A stretch of DNA of 64,000 nucleotides from Cycas panzhihuaensis (lineage: Eukaryota > Plantae > Cycadophyta): positions 222,711,741 through 222,775,740 of the forward strand of contig CM041465.1 in assembly GCA_023213395.1 (NCBI GenBank), in the 5' to 3' direction. Position numbers and translations under genes: made by a program. Positions 1 to 12,500 of this stretch are shown here, piece after piece (position 1 is the first letter of the stretch; each line of letters opens with the position of its first letter). Under the pieces are notes generated by a model. The model did no database searches, had not been told where the DNA came from, and saw nothing but the letters and a program-made list of their open reading frames with translations.

Positions 1-367
1 CCACACCAAGAAAGCAGGTGAAGAGGTGGTCATCTACACAGTTGACGGAGAGGAGAAGGTCGAGAAATAAGGACGAGGTGAAGGAACAAAAGCTAGGAGT
101 AATCGAGACACTGGCAAAAGATAGAAATAATCATAGGTGTTAATTAGAAGAGGATCTCATAAAAGAAGAATCAGTGCAAGTAATGTGTGTCGAAAGAAAT
201 AGCCAGCAAGATCCTACGAAAAAAGAAAATCTGCAGAAGGACGAAACACTAACGCCGAAAGAAAATTCTATTGAATTGGGAATATATAGTATAACCGAAC
301 AAGTTTTTTATCACCACCTGTTGGAGATTTGAACAGTCACATAATAAATCCTCTTTATAATCTATCA

Positions 368-1585
368 ATGGCAAGCCCAAATAGCAATATGGGAGGTGCA
401 ATGGGTAGTAATACACGTCCGGTAGGAGGATAAAGAAGTGTATTAGGTAGAGGAAATCAAGTAGGCACCACCCCCTATATCATTATGCAAAGTGACTCAA
501 TGTTCTCAAGCCTCCAATTTGATGGATCCATGGATCCAAGTGATCATTTGATGTTATTCAAAAATATGATCCAGATTAAAAGAATTATGGATGAAGGAGA
601 AATAAAAGCCCCTTTTTTTCGACGTTGAAAGAACCAGTCATTGTACGGTTTTAATATGTAGTAGCACAATAATTGAATTGGGAGCAATTACAAGAGCAAT
701 TTTTAAACAGATTCCAAAATTTGAGAGATCCAATAGCCATTCTACAGGCTTTGGAGGAGATCCAACAATATGTTGGAGAATCTATTAATGATTTTGATGA
801 ACAAATAAGAGTCGTTATGAATAAAATGTAATCTGTGATGATAATCAATTCCATATTGGTGATGAAATATTCTGTGCAAGCATTGATACCACAACTTAGA
901 GATAAGGTTGTGCTACCATCTAATGAGTAACTATGAACAAGTAAGTGAGTTAGCTCTTAAATTTGAAAATTAGATAAAGTTAGCTTACTCCTAAATGACA
1001 ACATAATCATCAATGTATTTTTCGATAATGAGCATCATAACACAGTCTATGCAAACACCACAAATGGGCACCAATCCAAAAATCGAAGCCTTGAGGAAGG
1101 AGGTGGAAGCATTAAAGCAGCAACCACTTATTTTTATCCTATTCAACATATAAAAAAATCAGGAGTTACAGAAGCTACGTGTAGAATTATCCCGTTTATG
1201 ATTTAAAAAATCAAAGAAAAATATTTGGTATCTCCCACCTTGCAATTAGCAAGGGCACCTGAAGAATTAGCATGGAGGATTAACGAAATTGTGCAATAAT
1301 TGTCAAAGAAATAATCACAATACATGGGAATATTATTTTAAACCCAAAAGCAACAAAGAAAAAGTTCATAACGTTTATTCTGAAATAACAGAACATGGAA
1401 CACCAAAGCAATACAAAGAAAAAATAAGACCAATTCGTTGTTTCTTATGTCAGAGATGGGGATATTATAAATCTGAGTGTATACTAGAGAAAAAAGGAGG
1501 AGAATTTATTTGTGAAAAATGTAGACTAGCAGATCACGAATGGGCAAACTGCCCAAAGAATAATAAAATTCAAAATGAAATTTAG
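368..1585 (+). pseudogene. gag: gag of element A (capsid plus multiple CCHC zinc knuckles), disrupted
   Basis: Reads through stops as PQFDGSMDPSDHL..NWEQLQEQFLNRF. ORF 1289-1585 contains CNNCQRNNH, CFLCQRWGYYKSEC and CEKCRLADHEWANC. Confidence 0.8.
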
Positions 1586-1896
1586 TAGACGTGGTTTTGG
1601 ACCCAAAAAAGTCAGTGTATTTACAAACGTGTAGTGACAGGACAATGGGACCTCCTCCCTAAGGTAATTTTCCAGATCCAATAGTAAAAATCCTTCAAAG
1701 AGTGGTAAAAATCCTTCAAGAAGCCATCAGGGAATCACAACAAGAAGAATTCCAATAAAAAAGATTCAAAGGCTTATATTATAAGCGGAGAGTGGCACAA
1801 CCACAACGAATATAAGAAAGTATGAATCCTTAGCAAGGATTACAAACTGTAAAAGATGTACTTACTGAATTAGGAGTATCAATTCTTATATCAATT

Positions 1897-2330
1897 ATGT
1901 TTAAATTGTGGGAAGCAGATTACTTCCAACAATTAGTACTAGAACAAATTGAAAAACAAGTACTTAGGGCTATAAAGGATGCAAGAGTAGGCCCCAAAGT
2001 TCTAATGATGGTATTTGGAACAACCCTATGCAAAACAATTACAGATGGGGGCTCTGGAGTGAATGTGTTACCTGAATCTTTGTGGATAGCTTTGGGAAGG
2101 CCTAATGTAGTTACCCTGGATTATTCCACTAAATCAGCCAATCAACTGCAGGTGAGGCCTATGGGTACATTGTTGAATGTCCCAGTAACCGTGGCAAAAG
2201 TTACCATATTATTAGATTTCGCAATAATCTAAATGCAAGATCAAAGGAGGACCTACCCAACCTTGTTAGGGAGACCTTAGCTACTGGCTACAAAAGCTAT
2301 CCAAGATTGGGGGAAACATGTATTCACCTT
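1897..2330 (+). pseudogene. aspartic protease of element A
   Basis: ITDGGSGVNVLP active-site motif; LLGRP*L motif at ~2265-2280. Confidence 0.85.
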
Positions 2331-2677
2331 GCCAGCAAAAAAAAAGATGATAAGTTTTCCATTGTGTTCAGATCGACCACAGATAAAGAAAATTGAAGAT
2401 GAAGGTTGAGCTTCATCTATAACAGCTACTACGAAATCGACAGTAAGTCCTTATTCCAAAATGACTTTTCAAATACAATCAATGTTGCCAACTAACCCTT
2501 CATCATCCTACATGTTGAATTGGCTTCACAACGCTTGGAAAGAAACAGAACTGACCTTGTGTTATCATTTGGAATAGTGCGCAGATTCTTCGGAAGATGA
2601 GGGAGGAGAAAAATATACAATCAAAACTACCATAAATAGAGAAGAATATACAAGGAAAATTAGCTTTCGCTAAAATA

Positions 2678-3150
2678 TTTTGTGAATTACCTAAATTTGA
2701 TGGTTGTCCAGACCAAGCCTGAAAACATCTAGAACAATGTATTGACATAATGAAGAATAAATAGCAGCAACAATTTTGATATCTTATGTTTCCTTGCTTT
2801 GTAATAAGCCAAGCACAATTATGGTATGATCCATATGCACAATTCTTTGATTCTTAGCAAGAAATAAGTAAGAACTTTCTAATTAAATTTCAAAAACATG
2901 AACTCCCTTTATTTTGGAATGGGGATAATCCCCACTTGCATGTACGGAATTGTGTCCTAAAGTGGATAACAGGTGGAATTCCCAAAAGGGATTAAACACA
3001 ATACTGAAGAATGACTTTTAAAAGAATTTCCATAGTTTGGTATAATTCCTATGAAAAGATGAAATTGATAGAATGGGATTCAATGGTAGAGAATTTCTAC
3101 TAAACTTTTGTATATTACATCAAAGATGAACATATTAAGAGAGTTTTACA
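2678..3150 (+). pseudogene. two tandem Gag-capsid-like domains embedded in pol between PR and RT (element A)
   Basis: In frame with ORF 3170: LPKFDG..HLEQC..QAQLWY..S*QEISKNFLIKF, then LPLFWNGDNPHLHVRNC..KW..VWY..EWDSMVENF. Homologous by eye to 23500-24000 in element B. Confidence 0.7.
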
Positions 3151-3479
3151 AATACTTAAAGAAAAAACCATGAAAAAAGAAAAGCATTACTTTCAAATTA
3201 AGGTTAAAGAAGAAGGGAATATTCAACAAGAAATTCAGTCTATTCCTCCAAGCTATTATGCATTAGAATATGGAGAACGTACCATAGACATTACACCAGC
3301 ATATACAATAAGCCCAGATAGTAAAATACTGAAGGTAGAAAATTTGAAAATAAGGGAAATCAACATTGGAACTGAGGAATAGCCTCAGACAATCAGTTTA
3401 AAAGATTATTGGAATAAGAAAATAGTGTAGCAAGCTATCTCTTTATTTTTAGAATATAAGTATGTATTTGCCTGGTCCT

Positions 3480-4800
3480 ATAAGAATTTAAAAGGCATCC
3501 CACCCGAATTGGATGAGCATAAGATCGAATTGGTGGAGGGAGCCAAACTAGTAAGACAATGACCATACCGCATAAATCTAAGATACTAGGAAAAAGTGAA
3601 AGCCAAACTCGATATACTATTGGAAGCAAATTATATCTTTGAAGCCAAAAATAGTGAATCGGTGAGTTTTGTTGTAGTTGTCCCCAAGAAAAAAGCAAAA
3701 CTTAAAGTTTGTGTCGATTACATGGCCTTAAATAAATCAACCAGAAAAGATTTATTTCTGATTCTATTTATTGAAGATATTTTAAATAAAGTTATAGGAC
3801 ATGAGGTCTACTCATTCACAGATGGGTTCAACAGACATAACTAGGTTTGGAGTGCACCAGAGGATCAATTAAAGATGACTTCATGATAGAATTGGGCACA
3901 TACGCGTTTAGAATAATGTCGTTCAGACTAACTAATGCTCCTACTACATTCCAAAGAGTAATTATCAATATTTTCAAGCGAACAATAGGAAAAACAATTG
4001 AGATATTTATGGATGATTGAACGCTGTTTATTCTATTGAAAGATCATCTTAGTTGTCTACATTTAATGCTTAAAGCATGTAGAGAAAATAAATTGTGTTT
4101 AAATCTCACAAAATGTACCTTTATGGTATCTTTTGGGACCTTATTGAGTCATGTAGTTACAAAGAATGGATTACTCATAGATCACAATAAGGTAACATTT
4201 ATTTTAAATTTTCTAGTACCGAAGAAGCAGAGACAAGTTAAAAGATTCCTAGGAATGACGGGGTACTATCGCACGTTTATAAAAAACTATGCTCAGATAG
4301 TTAATCCCTTAGAAAGTTTGCTAAAAAATTAAGACTGGATGGCAATGGAAGCTACAACAACAACTTGCATTTGAATTACTAAAAAGAAAAATTGTCCAAG
4401 CACCAATTCTCATATTTCCGAATTGGGATAAGTCGTTCCATGTGTATGTCGACACTTCCTTATTTGCTATTGGATGCATATTATCACAACCGAAAAATAA
4501 CAAAACAAACCTGCCAATCTATTTTGCAAGTTGAAAGTTAACAGAGATGGAGCGAAACAACTCGATGACGGAACGAGAAGGCCTGAGCATGGTCTATGCT
4601 CTTCAAAAATTCAAATATTATTTACTAACTAATCTATTTTTTTTGTAGATTATCAGGGCCTCTAGTATCTGATCAATAAACCCATACTATAGGGAAGAAT
4701 CAGTAGGTGGCTCATGTTGTTTCAAGAATTTAATTTTAAAACCATAGTTAAAAAGGGGGCCAAGCATACAATATGAGATTTATTATCAAGGGAAATAGAG
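3480..4800 (+). pseudogene. pol: reverse transcriptase and RNase H of element A
   Basis: VVVPKK..VCVDY, YSFTDGF, FMDD (4006-4017), FLGMTGYYR, FHVYVDTS, ISRWLMLFQEF. Confidence 0.92.
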
Positions 4801-4959
4801 GAAGAACCGATAATAGGAATCCAGGATGATTTTCCAGACGTGGAATTATTCTCCATTGAAGCAATCTCTAATTGGTACAAAGATATCGCACGATACTTGG
4901 CGACAGGGAATAGAATAAGTAGAACGACAGAGTTTCATTAAAAAAACCTTTCCCTTTCA

Positions 4960-6482
4960 GTTAATTCAAGGAATGTTATACAAGTTGGGACCGGATTAAG
5001 TTCTAAGAAGTTGTATAATGGAGCATAAAGTTAAAGTTGTCATGCAAGAGGCTCACAAGGGAGCCATGGCAAGACACCAAGGTACTAAACCCACAATTAA
5101 GAAAATTTTATTAGTAGGACTTTGGTGGCCAAACACCTTTGAAGATGTACAAAAGTAAGTTCGTAGTTGCAATGCATGTCAGCGAGTGGGGAAGTCGGCA
5201 AGAAATCATTTTATTCCCTTATGTCTTATATTAACCCAAACTCCATTTGAAAAGTGGAGACTGGATTTTGTCGGGCCCATTAGTCCATTGACCACGCGTA
5301 TGAATGCAAGATATATTTTGGTGGCTACGAACTTTTTAACAAAATGAACTAAAGTGAAAGCAATGAAGACATGTGATGCCCAAAGCGTAGCTTGATTTTT
5401 GTATAAGATGATAATCATTCGATTTGGTTGTCCCTTAGAAATTGTCTCTGATTAGATAAGTAATTTCCCCAATGAAACAATAAATCATCTCACGCAAACT
5501 TTTTTAATTCAACATTCGAAATCTTCTCCATATTACTCTCAAGCAACCGTGCAAGTAGAGAGTATGAATAAAATTTTAAAATTAGCACTATCCAAAATCT
5601 GTAACAAGGGATGAACATACTAGGCAAAGCATCTTCATTCTGTGTTATGGGTTGACAGGACAACAATGAAGAGACCCCATAAACAAACAACATTTCAATT
5701 GGTCTATGGGTTAGAAGACATACTTCATCTGGAGTTTCAGATGGAAAGCTTGCGGATAGCCTCCCAATTACAGCCATCAAAAGACAATTTGTGAGACCAA
5801 CGATTTTTAGAATTAATGAAGTTGGATGAAAAATGAGCAAGGGCTTTATGGGAATTGAAAGCAGAAAAGCAGAGACGAAAAGCATGGCATGATCTGTTAG
5901 AAATAATGTTTAATGTGTAATGTATGTGGGTCCTAGGATAATAAGTGATAGTCATAAGTCTTAGGGTCAAAAGGTCATCATAATACTATGTAAAAGGTTA
6001 TTAGTCTATTGGTCAAGTTAGTGGTGTAATGCTATTGGTCAGGACAAAGGTATTTGTCCCACATGCATTACTTGGAATGTATAGTCTCCCACCTCTTAGG
6101 TATATTAAGGTGGTTGAGGTAGTATGTAAAAATTATCACATCATCAAGGCTCACCTTGAGTCTTTGGTGCTTTGGTATATTAATACATTCTGTTTATATT
6201 GTGTTATTCTCTGTATGTTGATATTGTTCTTATGGTTGAATGTTCTCCATGTTAAAATCTCAACATGATCCACATCTTTAAGTCCTACAATTTTAAGAAG
6301 GATACCTCGTACTTTTGTATGACAGTAAATTTTGCATAATACCAAGAAAGTTAAAATTGCGATGACTCAATCTGTATAAGGTAAATCAAATTTGACATAA
6401 TAGAGCAGTGCAACTCCAACAGCTCGATGGAACATTATTCAATAAAACAGTCAATGAAAGTCGACTAAAATGATACATAGTA
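4960..6482 (+). pseudogene. integrase of element A, split by a solo LTR
   Basis: H..H..C..C zinc finger, LDFVGPI, RFGCPLEIVSD. The C-terminal LLYDSKF..VNESRLK resumes after 6270. Confidence 0.88.
5895..6265. mobile_element. solo LTR (371 bp)
   Basis: TGTTAG...CTCAACA termini; perfect 5-bp TSD TGATC (5890-5894 and 6266-6270); integrase coding sequence is continuous across it. Confidence 0.9.
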
Positions 6483-6610
6483 AGTTAAAAAAAATAGAGG
6501 GGGGGGAATCATGAGAGTAGATTTTTCTCAATAATTTCAAATTATGAAACTTGATTTTAAGATAATGACAACTTGGAATAAAAGAATGTCTCAATCAAGA
6601 TCGTAGAGCA

Positions 6611-7510
6611 TTTGCAACCCGAGACATAAAAGGTTGCAACCAAGAACAATAATCAATTGCAACCCAGAACGTAAAAGTTTACAACCAAGAACGCAAAGCG
6701 GTTACAACCTGGAATGCAGAAGGTTATAACCAGGAACAAGAATCCATTGTAACCCAGGACGCAAAAGGTTGCAACCAGGAAAGCAAAGTGGTTGCAACCC
6801 AAAATACAGAAGGTTGTAACCAAGAACGAGAATCGGTTGTAACCTGGAACGCAGAATGTTGTAACTAAGAACGCGAAGCAGTTGCAACCCTGAACGCAAA
6901 AGGTTGCAACCAGGAACAAGAATCGATTACAACCCAGGATGTAAAAAGTTACAACTAGGGAAACAAAGCGGTTGCAACCTAAAACGCAGAAGGTTACAAC
7001 CAAGAAAGCAAAGTGATTACAACCCGAGATGTAGAAGGTTGCAACTAGGAAAGTAAAGTGGTTGTAACCCGAGACGCAAAAGATTGTAACCAAAGACGTA
7101 AAGTGGTTACAACCCAAGACACACAAGGTTGCAACCAAGGATGTGAAGTGGTTGCAACCTATGACGCACAAGGTTGTAATCCAAGACACATGAGATTGCA
7201 ACTAGCTTGTAAAGCAATTGCAATCTAGGACATAAAAGATTGCAACCAAAAACAAGAAGTGGTTGTAACCTTGAAAGTAAAAGGTTGTGACCAGGTTGTA
7301 AAAGGGTTGCAACCAGATCGTAAAATAGTTGCAACCCGAAACAACAAAAAATTACAACCAAGTCACAAAATGGCACAAATAGGAACTGCAAAAAATCACA
7401 ACCTATGTCACAAAAGTTATAACTTTGTGATATAAATGGTTACGACTTAGACATAGAAAGGTGTAACTAGAAATGTGAGGCAGTTGCAACCTAGAATGGT
7501 TGCAACTAGA
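6611..7510. repeat. tandem array of 45-bp units (22+23 bp halves), each half centred on the palindrome GGTTGCAACC
   Basis: Palindromes start at 6767, 6790, 6812, 6835, 6857, 6880 and so on. Roughly 35-40 copies, decaying towards 7510. Confidence 0.95.
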
Positions 7511-7789
7511 AAGATGAAAAGTTTTGACCAAAGGAATAAACAGTGTAATTAACCAAGTATCAAAACATAGAATGCAATCGAGTATTAAGACACCTAAGGC
7601 AATCGAGTAATACAATCAAGTATAAACAAAGCCGGGAAGGAAGAAAGTATTGTCAAAGCAAAGATTGTAGTTGATATGATTGAAGAATGAAAGTGATAAT
7701 AAGAATATAATCAACAATAATCAAGAGAAGAAAGGGCGGTCATGTCGATTGACTAAAGCCATAAATTCAAAAGCAGGTGATCACATCAA

Positions 7790-8869
7790 AATGAGTAACA
7801 GAAAAAGAAAACGAAGAAGAGGAAATAAGGAATTAGAATCATCAGACGCGAAAACGGAAAAGGCAGGAATGAAGGAGGGGTACAAATAGTTAAAATTGAT
7901 GGCTGTCCATTTAGCGAAAATTTTTGGTAATCACAGTAGCAAGATTGGCCCTTGAATCGAGATGATTCGATAAGTAAATTGCAGCGACAAGTGGCTACCA
8001 TATATATCAGGAGGTTAAATATGACACGACTTGATTACAACTTAATTATTGAAATCATAATTTAGAATGATAGTAGTTTTGCATGGTCTACAAGGTACAA
8101 AACAACAAGAATGGAAGACAAAAAATAAGCCAAAGAACAGAAGAATTCCAAAGGTGATTGCAAAAGATCAGAAATGAAGAATACATTAAACATCCATGTT
8201 AACTTCCAAAAGACGGATAACGAGAATCAAAAATGAGTGGAGCAATATGCTAGAGAATGATGCAAGAAAAGTAAATCCGACAAATGCAGAATTTGCACAA
8301 TATGTGCCAACAGAATTATTTCCAATAGCAACGAAATTTTTATCTATGATGGTATATTCGGTAGTTTGTCAACCTGATCTCTTCGATATTTCAGCAAAGG
8401 CCATTGCGCAGGTTTTGGGGTTACTTGATTTAGGTGAGGAGGTGCCCAGGAATAAAATAATCCCATGGGAATAGGCAACAAAACAATTAGGCGCATAGGG
8501 ATCAAATATTTCTACATTTGAAATTCATATCACCAGCATTGTAGATGAACATAGGCGTTGGATGGCTCACTTCTTCTTTATTTGAGTGGTTTTGAGCCAC
8601 AAAAAATGATATGTGCCTATAGAGATGAGATCGATGCTTCTGCGAGTGCCGGAGGGAGACTAATTCAATTAGGCTTCATTCCTCTCAAGGAAGCTTTTAG
8701 AAAAGTTGCATAATATTAAGGCTAGTACACAATCTATTGTGTTCTATCACCAAACCTTGTTTCAGGAATTATTGTATTTACAATGTCCCAAATTAGAGCT
8801 ACCTTTGGCTGAGTAAGGGCAATCAACCATGACTAGATGGATGAATTATTTTAGAAGGTAGGGAAAAAT
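7790..8869 (+). pseudogene. extra 3' ORF of element A, N-terminal part (plant transposon-associated domain-like)
   Basis: KRKRRR basic stretch; LDYNLIIEII; FDISAKAIAQVLGLLDLGEEVP..IHITSIVDEHRRWMA..FN*ASFL. Interrupted by copia at 8870. Confidence 0.6.
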
Positions 8870-9500
8870 TGTTGAGAATACAAGGTCCCAAACCTTAAAC
8901 TGCCATAAAATCTGAACTATTTTGCAACTAGTTACAGGAATCGAAACTAAGATTTAACATGCAAGTTCTAAAATCAGAGATAATACAATAACATCAATAT
9001 ACAAGCTAAACATCACATATGCACCTGATATAACGTAGTAAAACCCTAGCAGTATGCTAGGGAAACATCCACACAGGAAATGTATCGATCTTTATTACTA
9101 TAGAATGGAGAAACAGTACATCTCAGTAGTAGAGTGCTCTCAGGAATAACAACCAACCACCGCCCTCTTCACAGTACATTACATTTTCATACAACATAAT
9201 AAGAAAAGCCCTAAAACGGGCTACATGAGAGGGACATCTAATACATGAATCTCAACCGTAGAATCTAGGGTATTTGTATCGAACGAACCTGATTCTCTTT
9301 ACATTTAATATGGTTTACAGGGCTAATTTTTCGGGTCGGGGGTTATCGCCCCCAAAACCCCTCATAGCGGAGGGCGTTCCACGCCCTCACTTTGACCAAG
9401 GGGCTCCGCCTTGAAACCCCGAGAAAGATTTGGGAGGGAAACCGCACCGAAAACATGCTAAAATTTTAGCCTTTAAATATTGTTGTCACAATATCCAACA
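8870..9500 (-). repeat. 3' LTR of Tork-like copia
   Basis: Direct repeat of 13533-14126; preceded on the minus strand by PPT-like AAAGTGGAGAT. Confidence 0.95.
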
Positions 9501-9547
9501 ATCTCCACTTTGACAACAATTTACCTAGTACCTTTCCTAGACCCTTC

Positions 9548-12500
9548 ATCATCTTTTCTGCAAGCCAAGAGAAGTGAAACACCATTTGAACTTCTCTACT
9601 GGTACTGACTTTGTGAATATATTAGCATAATTCTGATTGGTGTGAATCTTCTCAAGTGCCACTCCACCTGCTTCCACAACCTATCTAACAAAATGGTACT
9701 TAAAAGCAATATGCTTTGCTCTACTGTGATAAGTTCGATTCTTGGCTAAGTAAATGGCACTTTGATTGTCACAAAATACCTTTACATTTTCCTGTCTCCT
9801 TCCAAAGTCAACCAATAGACCCTGTAACCAGATTACTTCTTTACAAACATGTGCTGCAACAACATATTTAACTTCTGTAGTTGATTGTGCAATTGTGCTA
9901 TGCAATTTGGACATCCAACTAATTGGACCATTTGCAAGAGTGAAAATATTACCTTAAGTAGACCTTCTTTTGTCTAAATCTCCTGCAAAGTCTGAATCAA
10001 CATATCCACAAACCTAATTACCTGTACCTCCAAAGGTGATATAGTAGTCACTTGTGCCTCTCAAACACCAAAGCACCCATTTCACTGTAGCCCAATGTTC
10101 TTTCCCTAGATTTGCCATAAACACCTAAGTACAGCGCATGTGAAATATCAGGTCTTGTACATACCATGGCATACATCAAACTTCCTCTTTGACCGCATAA
10201 GGCACACGAGACATATAAACATTTTCTTCTTTACTACTAGGACTCATATTCGAAGAAAGCTTGAAGTGGGAAGCCAATGGGATACTCACTGGTTTCACAT
10301 TTGCCATACCAAACTTGGTTAGCACCTTCTCCACATATTTTTGTTGTGATAACCATAGCTTACCATTTTTCCTGTCTGTGTGTATCTCCATGCCTAAGAT
10401 TTGTTTTGCAGCTCCTAGATCCTTCATATCAAAAGTCCTAGCCAATTGAGCCTTTAACTTATTGATTTCTTCCATGCTCTTACTTGGAATCGGCATGTCA
10501 TCAACGTATAATACCAAGATAATGAATAAGCCATTGTCCATAAATTTAAAGTAAACACAATGATCATACTCGCTTCTTTTAAAATTTTGGCTCTCCATGA
10601 AAGCATCAAACTTTTTGTACCACTGCCTAGGCGATTGCTTTAGGCCATACAATGATTTTCTGAGACTGCAAATAAGTCTTTTTCTGTCATCCTGTACAAA
10701 CCCTTCTGGTTGATCCATATAAATCTCCTCATCTAAATCTCCATGTAGAAAAGTTGTTTTTACATCTAACTGCTCCAGCTCTAAATCAAGAGAAGCTACT
10801 AATGCTAACAGCACTTGAATTAAAACAAGTTTAACAACTGTGGAAAAGATCTCATGAAATTCAATACCTACTTTCTGTACATAGCCTTTAGCCACCAATC
10901 TTGCCCTGTATTTGTCAACCTTTCCACCAACATCTGTTTTCATCTTAAAAACCCACCTGCAACCAATAGACTTCCTGTCATGTGGAAGTTCTACCAAGTC
11001 CCATGAATTATTATTCTTTAATGCATCTATCTCTTCCTGCATAGCCCTCTTCCACTTCTCACTATGCATATCATTTACTGCTTCTTGATAACATGTAGGC
11101 TCACCATCATTAAAAACCAAAGCAATAGAAGTAGATGGGTTGTACCTGTCAGGTGGATGACTAACTCGTGTAGATCTTCTAACTGTTGGTAGAGGAGTGT
11201 CCACATACTCCTGTAAATCTGTTGCAGATTCATCTTCAGAAACATCTTTCTGCTCTTCTGATTCCAAAGATGGTTGGGTTTCAAACTTGACCTGTTGATG
11301 TTCATCTTTCTGCTCCTGTTTCATTTCAACTTCTCCACTGTCTGATTTTAGAAGGAGAGATTCATCAAATACAACATCTCTGTTAATGGTGATTTTGTGA
11401 GTAGTAGGATCCCACAACCTATATCCCTTCGTACCATCCTTATCACCATAACCAACAAAGATATATCTCTTGGATTTTAGGTCTAACTTTGAACATTTAC
11501 TTTTGTCAGTCCAGACATAAGCATCACAACCAAAAACTTTTAAATTTGAATAATCACATGGATGTCCAGTCCATACCTCTTCAAGAATCTTGCAATCTAT
11601 TGCAAGTGATGGTGACCTGTTTACTAGATAGCAAGTTGTTTGAACAACTTCTGCCCACAAACTCTGCTCCACTCCTGCATTACTTAGCATGCTTCTTGCT
11701 CTTTCCACGAGTGTCCTATTCATGCGCTCAGCAATGCCATTTTGCTTTGGAATATAGCTAGTGGTCTTGTGTCTTTCGATCTCAACTTCTCTATAATAGT
11801 TCCCAAACTCCAAAGAGTTGAACTCACCTCTATTGTCAGTTCTTAAACATTTGATTGTCTTGCCAGTACTGTTCTCAACTAGAGCCTTGAACTGCTTAAA
11901 CACACTAAAAACTTCAAATTTCCTTTTCAAAAATAAACCCATACCTTCCTAGAGTAATCATCTATAAATGTGACATAATACAATGATCCTCCACAAGAAA
12001 TTTTAGGGGATGGTCCCTATACATCTGAATGTATGTAATCTACAATGCCTTTACTAATGTGACTCCCTACTTAAACTTGAGTCTACACTGCTTTCCAAAA
12101 ATACAATATTTACAGAAAGCCAAATATGAAAGTTGCAAGTTAGGAAGCAACTTACGGTTTATCAGCACCTTAAGTCCTCTCTCACTCATGTGCCCAAGTC
12201 TCTGATGCCATAACTGAGCTGGATCTTCTACAGTCTTTGATGTTGTAGCTGCTTGGCTGATATCTGTACTTCCCACTAAAATGTAAAGATTTCCTTTCTT
12301 TAAGGCTTTCATAACAACCAAGGCGCCCTTTAACACCTTTAGGACTCATTCATGACCTGTATGCTTAAAACCACCCGAATCTAGTTCACCCAAGGAAATC
12401 AGATTCCTTTTCAGATTAGATACATGTCTAACCTCAATTAATGTTCTGACTACCCCATCGAACATCTTAATTCTGATGCTACCAATGCCCACTGTCTTAC

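Noticed and set aside
6653-7201. 182-aa Cys-rich repetitive ORF (LVATFCVLGCNHFAF)n on the minus strand
   Set aside because: By-product of the 45-bp (3n) tandem repeat; no non-repetitive domain or evidence of coding.
10120-10200. Odd rewritten blocks in the Tork RT (VPYA-VKEEV instead of VPYASAVGSL) as programmed frameshift
   Set aside because: More simply local mutation or consensus error; this is not a known recoding position in copia.
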